Positions 48,098-57,728 of a stretch of DNA of 64,000 nt are shown here, in pieces. Both the position numbers and the translations under genes were made by a program. The DNA is taken from the NCBI GenBank assembly GCA_963740315.1, contig CAVUDP010000002.1, positions 640,001 through 704,000 on the forward strand, in the 5' to 3' direction. This stretch comes from an uncultured cyanobacterium (lineage in GTDB: Bacteria > Cyanobacteriota > Cyanobacteriia > Cyanobacteriales > Nostocaceae). Under the pieces are notes generated by a model that was given only the letters and a program-made list of their open reading frames with translations, was not told where the DNA came from and ran no database searches. Each line of letters opens with the position of its first letter. Positions within the stretch are counted from its first letter, which is position 1.

Positions 48098-48472
48098 ATG
48101 AGTAAATGTATTTTAATAGTTGATGATGAAGCAGATGTTAGAGCGCTGATTCAGCTAGGTTTAGAAATGCAAGCTGGTTGGAAGGTACTTAATGCTAATT
48201 CCGGAGAAGAAGCAATCAAAATTGCAGCCAGTCACCAGCCTGATGTCATTTTGTTGGATTTAATGATGCCGGATATGGATGGTAAAACAACTCTACAAAA
48301 ATTAAAAAATGACCCTAAAACTCAGCAAATACCCGTAATTTTAATGACTGCTAAAGGTAAATCCTCCGTTGAAGAAAGCTTTGCACATTTAGATTTGGCA
48401 GCGATATTTACCAAGCCGTTACGCCCTTTGAATCTTGCACAACAGATAAGTGAAGTATTATCTTGTAAGTGA
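48098..48472 (+). CDS. Single-domain response regulator
   Basis: ILIVDDE, LLDLMMPDMDG, LMTA, TKP. Confidence 0.93.
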   Translation: MSKCILIVDDEADVRALIQLGLEMQAGWKVLNANSGEEAIKIAASHQPDVILLDLMMPDMDGKTTLQKLKNDPKTQQIPVILMTAKGKSSVEESFAHLDLAAIFTKPLRPLNLAQQISEVLSCK

Positions 48473-48589
48473 AATGCGCGGGGAAGTTGTCAAATTTACT
48501 AAAAACCTCTCTCTAAATCTCTCTCCTACTAGGAGAGAGACTTTGAAATCAGAAAAGGGGACTGGGGGGTTAGGAAATATCAGTTAATA

Positions 48590-49117
48590 TCAATCAACTT
48601 CAGTTACTAATAATTGCCATTCAATTACAACAGCTTTGGGAATTTTTAAAATCTTTTTGTCTTTGCCTAATAATGGTAAATCTAATTGCAATGATTCAAC
48701 TGTAGTTAACTTCGGTAAAATATTAGTTAAGTTATACTCTCCAACATTTGGCGCTGGTGATGAATCTGCAAAAACGTCGGAGGCACTGAATAATTTTCCC
48801 GACGCTGTAATTATTTCTAAAGAATGAGGATGAGAAAATTCAAATACACCGGGAAAGCCAACTATTCTTAAATCTAATTCTTGCTTTACACCGGGATTAA
48901 TCTTTTTAAATAGCAACACTTGCCAATTATATTCTTGTTTATCTTTGATGGATACCTGGGAATGATAGCGTAAAACTCCCGGTGCATCGTGATGTTGACG
49001 AAGCATGGCTGCGGATTCTTGGGTAGTTAATCCGATCGCAATTAAGAGTAAAATGGCGATTACCTTCGGTAGAGCTTCGCTTAACGCAAAACAGCGTTGT
49101 AATAAGTTTTTTCGCAT
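48590..49117 (-). CDS. DUF3122-like exported protein carrying a 24-nt in-frame insertion
   Basis: LRQHHDAPG, WQVLLFK, LRIVGFPG, NVGEY, EWQ motifs. Confidence 0.75.
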   Translation of the reverse strand: MRKNLLQRCFALSEALPKVIAILLLIAIGLTTQESAAMLRQHHDAPGVLRYHSQVSIKDKQEYNWQVLLFKKINPGVKQELDLRIVGFPGVFEFSHPHSLEIITASGKLFSASDVFADSSPAPNVGEYNLTNILPKLTTVESLQLDLPLLGKDKKILKIPKAVVIEWQLLVTEVD

Positions 49118-49360
49118 TGATTTAATTTAAGGAGAGAGGGGGGAGAGGGGGAAGAGGGGGGAGAAAGAGTTAGGAGTTAAGAGTTAAGAATTATCAATTA
49201 CCAATGCCCAATGCCCCATTCCCAAATAAATTGTAAAACTTTTAATAAGATATGCGATTTTTCCGCGATTTGCTATTGGCACTTTGTTGGGAAGCGAATA
49301 AACTGAAGTAATAAGTACAAATGTTCTTTAGCGCTTCGTTAAGTCAGGTAAGGGGGTGTC

Positions 49361-50986
49361 ATGGCTAATTCTCATGAAAATAAAGCAACAGAAAGTAAGG
49401 AAATGCCTTATTTTGGGCTGGTTGAGCAGATAGATTTGATGATTCGAGCGCGGTATTCGATACTATATGCGATCGCAGTTGAGGAAGAGCCTTTAGAAGA
49501 GGTTTTATTTAAAGTCGCTTCCCTTTCCCAACCGGCGCGTCAGGTATTATTTTGGGATGTGGTGCGGGGTTGGAGCGATAACGGTGCCGATAAGGGATCT
49601 GTAATGGCGGCGCTGTCTCGCATTGGTAAAACCGACGCACAGAAATCGGTAATGTTTGTGTTGCGGGATTTGCACCCCTACATCAAAAATCCTACCACCG
49701 AAAAGAGTGCGCCGATTATGCGGGAGTTGCGAAATTTAGCCAGGGAATTGAAGCGCAGTCGCAAGTCTATTATTATTACCAGCCATACTTTAGAATTACC
49801 CGCAGAGTTGCAAGAGGAAGTTACGGTTATTGATTTTCCCTTACCCGACGTGCCGGAAATTAACTATTTAATCGAACAGTTGGTGGTACCCGAAAAGCTG
49901 AAATTAGCAGGTTTGGCGCGGGAGCAGTTGGTGAAAGCCTGTCAGGGATTGAGTCGAACCCGGATTCAGCGAGTTTTAGCGAAAGCTTTGGCAGCGAAAC
50001 AGCAGGTTAACGAGTCTGATATTAGCGGTGTTTTGGCAGAGAAAAAGCAAACCATCCGTCAAACTGGAATATTAGAATTTTTTACACCTTCCGAATCCTT
50101 GAAACGAGTCGGAGGATTAGATCAACTTAAACAATGGGTGCAATTGCGTCAAGATGCTTTCACCGAAGAAGCCAGACGTTACGGTATACCCAATCCCAAA
50201 GGCACGTTACTCGTAGGAATTCAAGGTACGGGTAAATCTTTGAGTGCAAAAACAATCGCCCACGAATGGCGTTTACCCTTATTAAGACTCGATAGCGGGC
50301 GCTTATTTGGCGGAATCGTCGGGGAAAGTGAAAGCCGCGTGCGTCAAATGATTCAAGTCACCGAAGCAATGGCACCCTGCGTGTTATGGATAGATGAGAT
50401 AGATAAAGCATTCGGCAACATTAACAGCGGAGTTGATGGAGATTCCGGTACATCGCGCCGAGTATTTGGTAGCTTGATTACCTGGATGCAGGAGAAAACC
50501 AGCCCGGTATTTATTGTTGCCACAGCGAACAACGTGCAGATATTGCCAGCAGAATTATTGCGGAAAGGAAGATTTGACGAAATATTCTTTTTGAATTTAC
50601 CTACCGAAGCTGAAAGACAGGATATTTTCAAGGTTCATATTCAGAAATTACGTCCTAATCGACTGCGAGATTTTGACTTACCTTTATTAGCCCAGCAGAC
50701 GCAAAACTTCAGCGGCGCGGAGATAGAGCAAGTGATAGTGGATGCCATGCATCGGGCATTTTCACGCAAAGAAAACGGGCAAAGAAGAGACTTTATTACA
50801 GAAGATATATTGCAAGCAGTAGCGCAAACAGTACCATTAGCCAGCATAGCCCACGAACAAATTGAAGCCTTAAAACAGTGGGCAGCGCAAGCAGGTGCCA
50901 GAAGTGCATCCAACGACGTGCAGTTAGTAGAAGAGTTGAAACAGTATACAGCACAGCAGGGGATTGCGCCCTTGGAGGTGGATTGA
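49361..50986 (+). CDS. Ycf46-like AAA+ ATPase
   Basis: VGGLDQLKQW, GIQGTGKS, LWIDEIDK, ELLRKGRFDEIFF. Confidence 0.92.
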   Translation: MANSHENKATESKEMPYFGLVEQIDLMIRARYSILYAIAVEEEPLEEVLFKVASLSQPARQVLFWDVVRGWSDNGADKGSVMAALSRIGKTDAQKSVMFVLRDLHPYIKNPTTEKSAPIMRELRNLARELKRSRKSIIITSHTLELPAELQEEVTVIDFPLPDVPEINYLIEQLVVPEKLKLAGLAREQLVKACQGLSRTRIQRVLAKALAAKQQVNESDISGVLAEKKQTIRQTGILEFFTPSESLKRVGGLDQLKQWVQLRQDAFTEEARRYGIPNPKGTLLVGIQGTGKSLSAKTIAHEWRLPLLRLDSGRLFGGIVGESESRVRQMIQVTEAMAPCVLWIDEIDKAFGNINSGVDGDSGTSRRVFGSLITWMQEKTSPVFIVATANNVQILPAELLRKGRFDEIFFLNLPTEAERQDIFKVHIQKLRPNRLRDFDLPLLAQQTQNFSGAEIEQVIVDAMHRAFSRKENGQRRDFITEDILQAVAQTVPLASIAHEQIEALKQWAAQAGARSASNDVQLVEELKQYTAQQGIAPLEVD

Positions 50987-51155
50987 GAGAATGGGGGGAG
51001 GGGGGAGAGGGGGAAGAGGGGGGAGACAAGGGGATGGGGTGATGGGGAGATGGGGGAGAAAGAGTTAGGAGTTAGGAGTTAATAGTTAGGAATTATCAAT
51101 TACCAATGCCCAATGCCCAATTACCAATTACCAATTACCAATTACCAAATTAATT

Positions 51156-51530
51156 ATGTCTCACTTTACAAGTATCAAGGTTCAAATTAAACACGGTGAA
51201 ATTTTACATCAGGTGTTGCAAGAGTTAGGCTATCAAGTCGAGTGCAATACTCAGGTGCGGGGATATCATGGCGATCGCACTCAAGCTGAATATGTAATTC
51301 GACAAAGTAACGGTTACGATTTGGGTTTTCGTCGCCAAGGTGAAGGTTATGAAATAGTAGCTGATTTTTGGGGTGCGAAGATTAATCAAAAGCAGTTTGT
51401 GAATTCAATTACTCAAAAGTATGCTCATAAAACTCTGATGAATACTGTTGCGGAACAGGGTTTTAATGTTGAGGAAGAGGAAGTTTTGGAAGATGGTACT
51501 GTGAGGGTTGTTGTGGGGAGTTGGGTGTGA
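51156..51530 (+). CDS. DUF1257 / Ycf35-like protein
   Basis: MSHFTSIK...VRGY...YDLGF...VADFWG..QKYA...DGTVRVVV. Confidence 0.9.
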   Translation: MSHFTSIKVQIKHGEILHQVLQELGYQVECNTQVRGYHGDRTQAEYVIRQSNGYDLGFRRQGEGYEIVADFWGAKINQKQFVNSITQKYAHKTLMNTVAEQGFNVEEEEVLEDGTVRVVVGSWV

Positions 51531-51888
51531 ATAACCATAACTATACTTTTGTCATTGCGAGGAGGCACGACGAAGCAATCGCAAGGGTTTTGGGATTTTT
51601 ACATTCCGTTATATAGAATAACCTGGCGATTCAAATCGCGGCTACACAAGCGAAACCCGCCTGAGCCGCACCTTCGGTGAACGCGGGTTTAATTAATCAA
51701 ATTATTCATAATTTTGTAGATTGTGTTAGCGATAGCGTAACGCACCATTCTCAATAATTTTTGGTGTGTTACGGATTCTTATAAACTTAGAAAAGTATCG
51801 TGTTCCAAAAATGAAGATCCCCCCAACCCCCCTTAAAAAGTGGGGCTTCGTGTAAATTTTATAAATTATCAAATTACTAATAAAATCC

Positions 51889-52296
51889 ATGTCACATTTC
51901 ACAAGTATAAAAACCCAAATAAAAGATAAAGACGCATTAGTTAAAGCTTTGGCTGATGTGGGTTTAAAAAATATTGAAGTTCACGAAACTGCACAACATT
52001 TATATGGTTATCAAGGTGATGTACGTGCGGAAACTGCGGAAATAATTATTCGCCGTAAGTATATTGGTTCATCTAGTAATGATATTGGTTTTAAATTACA
52101 GGATGATGGGCAGTTTCAAGCGATTATATCTGAATATGACCGGGGTAGATATAATCAACAATGGTTGGGTAAGGTGATGCAGCGTTATGGTTATTATGCT
52201 TTGATGGCTTCGGCTCAGGAACAAGGTTTTACGGTGGAGGAAGATGAGGTTATGGAAGATGGTACGGTTAGGGTTGTTGTGGCTAGGTGGAGTTAA
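51889..52296 (+). CDS. DUF1257 / Ycf35-like protein (second paralog)
   Basis: MSHFTSIKT...LYGYQGD...NDIGF...EDGTVRVVVARW. Confidence 0.88.
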   Translation: MSHFTSIKTQIKDKDALVKALADVGLKNIEVHETAQHLYGYQGDVRAETAEIIIRRKYIGSSSNDIGFKLQDDGQFQAIISEYDRGRYNQQWLGKVMQRYGYYALMASAQEQGFTVEEDEVMEDGTVRVVVARWS

Positions 52297-52360
52297 GGGA
52301 ACGGATGCATTTTTTTTTGATTAAGGAATGTGTTTGTTTTGGATAACGGATGAATTTTTT

Positions 52361-53590
52361 TTACTCTTCTAATCCCCAAACTTTGACTGTTTTATCACTA
52401 CTACCGCTAAACAAATATTTACCATTGGGGCTTAAAGCAATTGAATTAACTTCTGCTGAATGTCCGGTTAGTGTAGCTTGAAGTTTTCCTGACTTCCAAT
52501 TCCAAACTTTGATTGTTGTGTCGTTGCTAGCGCTGATTAAAGTTTTTCCATCTGGAGCGATCGCAAGGGAATTGACACCTAAAGAATGTCCTTCTAAAGT
52601 TCGTATTAGTTCTCCTTTCTGCCAATCCCAAATTTTTATCGTATTATCTCCGCTACCGCTGAATAATGTTTTTCCGTCTGGGGAAAGACACAAAACTCTT
52701 ACTGATGATGAATGTTCTTCTAAAGTATTTATTAGTTCTTCTTTCTGCCAATCCCAAATTTTAATAGTTTTATCTCTACTACCACTAAATAAAGTATTTT
52801 CATATACTGCTAAAGAGAAAATTGTCTTTGAATGTCCTTTTAAAAGAGATTTACGCTTCTGACGAACTATATCCCATACTTTGATAGTACCGCCCATGTT
52901 GCCTATAAATAAAACATCACCATTTTTATTACAATGTAAAGAATGATGTGACCCATTTAGTTCGCCGTGAAAAATATTTCTAGATTGAGGATTGTTATAG
53001 TATAGTTCTATTATCTTGACCCAATTACTGCGAATATAAACAGTTTTCCTAGCATAGTTAACATATACAAAATTAACTGATTCATTACTGTGACTAGATA
53101 AGTTAACTTTACCAAAACCACTAGATAACTTGTCTTTATTAACAAGATGTGTTTTAATTTCGTTTTTCTGCCAATTCCAGACAATAACATTATCTTCACT
53201 ACCACTGATAATAATTTCTTCATCAGGTGTTATACAGACCGAGTGAACTGTAGATTCATGTCCTTCAAACGTTAAAATACATTTGAAACACTGATAATCG
53301 CTATACTGTTTTAAAGTTTGTTTTGCTGCTATCTCTTCTCTGTCTTCAAGCAATGAATATGCAATTGTTCTAACTTGTCTTACATCATTCCATAAAGCTT
53401 GAATTACTAATTCTAAACCAGCATCACTATAATTCAACGCTTGATATAATCCTGCAATCCTTACTTTCACATCTGAATTAGCCAATCTTCGTTTAACACC
53501 TTCAATTCCTCCTAAAACCACACCATCAACAGGAGCTTGGTTTCTACCACCAAGCACCGCATCGTATTCTCTAGGTTGATTTTCTGACAT
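52361..53590 (-). CDS. WD40-repeat protein with N-terminal YDAVLGG/HEAT-like module
   Basis: GH...SGS.D.TIKIW repeats; N-terminus shared with 54395 and 59810. Confidence 0.9.
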   Translation of the reverse strand: MSENQPREYDAVLGGRNQAPVDGVVLGGIEGVKRRLANSDVKVRIAGLYQALNYSDAGLELVIQALWNDVRQVRTIAYSLLEDREEIAAKQTLKQYSDYQCFKCILTFEGHESTVHSVCITPDEEIIISGSEDNVIVWNWQKNEIKTHLVNKDKLSSGFGKVNLSSHSNESVNFVYVNYARKTVYIRSNWVKIIELYYNNPQSRNIFHGELNGSHHSLHCNKNGDVLFIGNMGGTIKVWDIVRQKRKSLLKGHSKTIFSLAVYENTLFSGSRDKTIKIWDWQKEELINTLEEHSSSVRVLCLSPDGKTLFSGSGDNTIKIWDWQKGELIRTLEGHSLGVNSLAIAPDGKTLISASNDTTIKVWNWKSGKLQATLTGHSAEVNSIALSPNGKYLFSGSSDKTVKVWGLEE

Positions 53591-53737
53591 TGTATTTTTA
53601 CCAGTTCACTATTATTAGTGTTCCCAGTTGTGGAAGAAGTTATTACATCATTAGATATGGGATTATAAAAATTAGTTATCTGTGTCAGAATACTAGTAGC
53701 GTTATAGACACGGTTTAATTCTTTGGAATGACTTTAT

Positions 53738-53986
53738 ATGTACAACGTAGAATTTCCTGATAATCAAACAGATTTTGCTAAATTACTTCAGCGTGTCTTA
53801 TCGGGAGAAGAAGTAGTTATATCCCAAGATGGTAATCCTATTGCACGAGTAGTTCCAATTGCTGATAAATCATTACCAAGAATTCCAGGTTTAGATAAAG
53901 GTAAAGTGGTGATTGCTTCGGATTTTGATGCTCCTTTACCTGATGATATTTTAAATAGTTTTACTAATCCTGTTGATAATTTGTAA
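53738..53986 (+). CDS. Phd/YefM-type antitoxin
   Basis: GEEVVISQDGNPIARVVP, DFDAPLP; stop overlaps the PIN gene start (TAATG). Confidence 0.85.
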   Translation: MYNVEFPDNQTDFAKLLQRVLSGEEVVISQDGNPIARVVPIADKSLPRIPGLDKGKVVIASDFDAPLPDDILNSFTNPVDNL

Positions 53987-54372
53987 TGAAAGCTCTACTC
54001 GATACTCATGCTTTTTTATGGTGGGTTACAGAAGATTCTCGACTTTCATCTACGGCTAGAAATATAATTACCGATTCTGCTAATCAGCTATTCTTGAGTA
54101 CAGCAAGTGCATGGGAGATTGTGATTAAAGCACGACTGGGTAAATTGACTTTACCAGAACCACCAGAAATTTACATTCCAAATCGTTTAAAGGTCAATAG
54201 ATTTGAAAGTTTATCGATTGACCTGATTCATGCTTTACAAGTAGTGAATTTACCGGATTTACACAAAGACCCTTTTGATAGAATTATAATTGCTCAAAGT
54301 CAAGTTGAGAAAATGCCGATATTAACTTTAGATAGTCAAATTAAGCGGTATTCTGTGGATATTATTTGGTAA
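53986..54372 (+). CDS. VapC PIN-domain toxin
   Basis: LLDTHAFLW, SAWEI, HKDPFDRIIIAQ. Confidence 0.92.
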   Translation: MKALLDTHAFLWWVTEDSRLSSTARNIITDSANQLFLSTASAWEIVIKARLGKLTLPEPPEIYIPNRLKVNRFESLSIDLIHALQVVNLPDLHKDPFDRIIIAQSQVEKMPILTLDSQIKRYSVDIIW

Positions 54373-54394
54373 TGATGTGAATATTTTTTTACTT

Positions 54395-55585
54395 TTAACC
54401 CCAAATTTTAACCGTGTTATCTCGACTTCCACTAACAAGAGTTTTCCCATCAGGACTAATTGCTATACTGTAAACCCAATCCGTATGTCCTTCAAGAATA
54501 CGTATACATTCTCCCGTATACAAATTCCAGACTCTAATAGTTTTGTCTCTACCACAACTGACAATTGTACTTCCATCGGGGCTAATTGCTACACAGTAAA
54601 CCCAGCCTTTATGTCCCTCTAATGTAAATTTAAGTTTTTTTGTTTCTAAATCCCAAACTTTGATTGTTTTATCTTTACTACCGCTAACTATTGTTTTTCC
54701 ATCTGGGCTAATTGTTAATGACTTAATACCATCGGAATGTTTTTCTTTCTTGAAAATATGTATTAGTTTTTCCGTTTCTACATTCCAAATTTTAATCTTT
54801 CTGTCATAAGCACTACTAACAAGATTTTTGCCATCTTTACTTATAGCTAATGCTTGGATTGAATGACGATAATCTTCAAAAAGTCTTTCCTGTATATCTG
54901 TTTCTAAATTCCACACACTAATTCCAGTACCAGGATAGTTATCACCATAGAAAAGTTTATTTCCATCGGGACTTATTGCTAAGGAAGATACATTCTCTGA
55001 ACTTTCATATAAAAATAATAGACGCTTCTTAGTTTGCAAATCCCATATTATAATTCCACTATTAAAGTAAAGTGTACCACCCCTAGTAATAAACTTGTTT
55101 TCATTTGGGCTTATCAAAATATCTGCTAAGTTTTCATGTTTAATAAAAGTTGATTCAACTTTCTCTGTATATAAATTATAGATATTTATAGAGGTTGAGC
55201 CTTCAAAAAACACATTTCGATTTGAATCAATAGCAATACACCTGCTGTTAACATCTTGTAAAGTATGAATACACTCCATTTTTTGCCAGAGATTATATTC
55301 TTCCAAGGCTTGTTTGACTTTTGCTTCTTTTCTGTGACGTAATAATAAATAAGCAGCAAAACTGACTTTTTCTAAATCACTTTGCCAAACTTGAATCACA
55401 AAATCTAATCCGACATCCCCATAATTTAAAGCTTCTGAAAGTGCAACAATCTTCTGTTGAATATTCGCACTTTCCCAACGTCTTTTAACTCCTTCAATTC
55501 CTCCCAAAACCACACCATCAACAGGAGCTTGATTTCCACCACCAAGCACTGCATCATATTCTTTAGGTTGATTCTCCGACATCAT
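54395..55585 (-). CDS. WD40-repeat protein with N-terminal YDAVLGG/HEAT-like module (paralog)
   Basis: AISPDGKT..SGS.D.T.K.W repeats; first ~36 aa nearly identical to the 52361 gene. Confidence 0.9.
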   Translation of the reverse strand: MMSENQPKEYDAVLGGGNQAPVDGVVLGGIEGVKRRWESANIQQKIVALSEALNYGDVGLDFVIQVWQSDLEKVSFAAYLLLRHRKEAKVKQALEEYNLWQKMECIHTLQDVNSRCIAIDSNRNVFFEGSTSINIYNLYTEKVESTFIKHENLADILISPNENKFITRGGTLYFNSGIIIWDLQTKKRLLFLYESSENVSSLAISPDGNKLFYGDNYPGTGISVWNLETDIQERLFEDYRHSIQALAISKDGKNLVSSAYDRKIKIWNVETEKLIHIFKKEKHSDGIKSLTISPDGKTIVSGSKDKTIKVWDLETKKLKFTLEGHKGWVYCVAISPDGSTIVSCGRDKTIRVWNLYTGECIRILEGHTDWVYSIAISPDGKTLVSGSRDNTVKIWG

Positions 55586-55659
55586 AAATTACCTCTCTAA
55601 AAACTCTTTTCTCGGCGCTTTCTGTGTCTAGTAAGGTTTAATAATTCATAAAAACCATA

Positions 55660-55715
55660 CCCACCAGGGGTTGCAAACCCCTGGCTAATAGCAAAAGTCC
55701 TATAAATAGGACTAA
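55660..55715. repeat. Single arm of the 8024/62670 element
   Basis: CCACCAGGGGTTGCAAACCCCTGGCTAATAGCAAAAGTCCTATAAATAGGACT. Confidence 0.75.
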
Positions 55716-55793
55716 CAATTTCATCGTTATAATCCAGTATTTTATTTTAAATATTTTGTTTTTTTATCGTTATTTGTATTAAATAGAACCAGA

Positions 55794-55859
55794 TGGTGCG
55801 TGACGCTGCACCAATTTGTAACTACGTAGAAAAATATTTCAAAGCGTCACACACCCTAC
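55794..55859 (-). repeat. GTAG-type REP-like repeat (inverted partner at 57495-57562)
   Basis: TGGTGCGTGACGC...TAACTACGTAGA...GCGTCACACACCCTAC. Confidence 0.75.
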
Positions 55860-55881
55860 AAGAATAATTGATTCAAAATTT

Positions 55882-57444
55882 TCATTTCAATTTAGCGATC
55901 GCTTCTCTCACCACCAAGGTTTTCCCTGTCAACAAATCCCGCACTGTCGCAACCAGCATCCTCTGCTCGTTAACTCCAAATTTTACCGAAACTCTATCGA
56001 TTCCCAATTCTCCCTGTGGCTCTAAATGCGCTATACAAACCTGTTGATGCTGGGTATCTAAGGAACGATAGGTTTCCTGTTTCACCAAATGACTGCTTGT
56101 CATCCTACCTTGAGCATCATATGTAACCTCAGCTTGCGACATTTCCGCAATTTCACCGATGTCGAGACGAATCTCTTTTTGTCCTTCGATCGCAGCTTGT
56201 AATATCAATGGCTCGCTAATTCTGGCTTTTTTATTGCTTTCCCCTAAGTAATTCGTACCCTTTTCAATCAATGTCATGTAGGAATATTTTTTACTATGGG
56301 GTTCCCACAACCGAATTGCATAACTATGACGCAGGTAATCGTCTATTTCTACGATTTCGTTTAAAGCTAAACCCCCATGCGCTACGGCTTCAAAAGGTTT
56401 GTCTAATTTAACTTTCTGTCTGCCAAAATAAGAAATAATTAGTTGCTGTACGGCTTGAATTTGACAGCTACCACCCACTAACAAAACTTGTTCGATGTCT
56501 GCTTTGCCGATTCCTTTACTCAAACTAATTGCCAACACTTCATCTAATGTCTGTCGCAATTGCTCTAATAACTGACGATTCTCTAAAATATCCGCGAATT
56601 CATCCCGGTTTAACTGCAATTCGTGAGACATAAAATTTTCATCGTCAAACCAAGATTCCTTAGCTTCATTATCCGTGGAAAGCTTCATTTTCAACCTTTC
56701 CGCAATTTCCAACAAATTTTGATAACCAACTTCCCCAACTTCTTCCCGACTCGAAGCCGTTTTTCGCAGGTAGTCTTCGACAATCCAATTATCGATATCT
56801 ATCCCACCGACAAAAGCATCGGATTTGGCGATCGCTTCTGCACGTACAGCAGCAGATTCAGAATTGCTTTTGACGGTACGAACTAAACTTAAATCCAAAG
56901 TTCCACCACCGAAATCCACCACCAAAACCAAACTACCGGGGCGCTTGACAGCATAACCCAAAGCTGCTGCCGTCGATTCATCAACAATTTGCAATTCGGG
57001 AATACCCAGCTTTTCACCCAAACCGTTAAACCAATGCAAATATCGTTCAAAAGCACCCACGGGAACCGTAAAAATCACCCGACTGGGTTCCAATTGTTCT
57101 TTTATCTGCTGCCAAATTTCCTTGAGAAACAGTTCCGATATAGCTTCAGCACTGTAATTAACATCATCCAAAACGCGGGGAGGTGGAACAAAATCCGCCG
57201 CTAAATCCCGTTTAAATGCTTGAAAAAAACGTTGTGGCTGACTAAAACCCAACCTTTGAGCGCGTACAGGCTCGCCAAAAATCAAATTATTTTGTGACTT
57301 GACAAATACCTGAGAAGGAATAACGCTAACCTGCTCGTTAAAGCGACGAGAAAGCGAATCAAATTTTAAAGTACGCGGTTGTTGAGTAATTGTGTCAGTA
57401 GTGCAAACAACCGTGTTGCTAGTTCCGAAGTCGATGACAATCAT
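55882..57444 (-). CDS. Atypical Hsp70-family protein
   Basis: IDFGTSNT, DESTAAALGY, VDFGGGTLD, LLVGGS; 520 aa with a short divergent C-terminus. Confidence 0.92.
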   Translation of the reverse strand: MIVIDFGTSNTVVCTTDTITQQPRTLKFDSLSRRFNEQVSVIPSQVFVKSQNNLIFGEPVRAQRLGFSQPQRFFQAFKRDLAADFVPPPRVLDDVNYSAEAISELFLKEIWQQIKEQLEPSRVIFTVPVGAFERYLHWFNGLGEKLGIPELQIVDESTAAALGYAVKRPGSLVLVVDFGGGTLDLSLVRTVKSNSESAAVRAEAIAKSDAFVGGIDIDNWIVEDYLRKTASSREEVGEVGYQNLLEIAERLKMKLSTDNEAKESWFDDENFMSHELQLNRDEFADILENRQLLEQLRQTLDEVLAISLSKGIGKADIEQVLLVGGSCQIQAVQQLIISYFGRQKVKLDKPFEAVAHGGLALNEIVEIDDYLRHSYAIRLWEPHSKKYSYMTLIEKGTNYLGESNKKARISEPLILQAAIEGQKEIRLDIGEIAEMSQAEVTYDAQGRMTSSHLVKQETYRSLDTQHQQVCIAHLEPQGELGIDRVSVKFGVNEQRMLVATVRDLLTGKTLVVREAIAKLK

Positions 57445-57494
57445 ATCAGTGAGCAGTTAACAGTGAGCAGTGAACAGTTAGGAGTTATATTTTC

Positions 57495-57562
57495 GTAGGG
57501 TGTGTGACGCGATTAACAAAATATCTACGTAGTTATAAGTTAAATAAGCGCGTCACGCACCA
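57495..57562 (+). repeat. GTAG-type REP-like repeat
   Basis: GTAGGGTGTGTGACGC...TCTACGTAGTTA...GCGTCACGCACCA. Confidence 0.75.
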
Positions 57563-57728
57563 ACGCTGGTATTGCAATGCTGGTTTGTGGATAAAATATT
57601 GCGGAAGATAAAAAACCGCAGAGTACGCAGAGTACGCAGAGGAAAGAAGTCAAGAGAGATGTCTAGTTAATTATCAACTTATGAATATTATTATCTCCTT
57701 GTCTCCCCATCCCCCCATCCCCCCATCT

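Noticed and set aside
41825..48472. rcaC/rcaE/rcaF chromatic acclimation locus
   Set aside because: Architecture is similar, but I see no bilin-binding motif in the GAF domains and no phycoerythrin or phycocyanin genes nearby.
55882..57444. Housekeeping dnaK
   Set aside because: Too short, divergent substrate-binding region, no dnaJ; left without a gene symbol.
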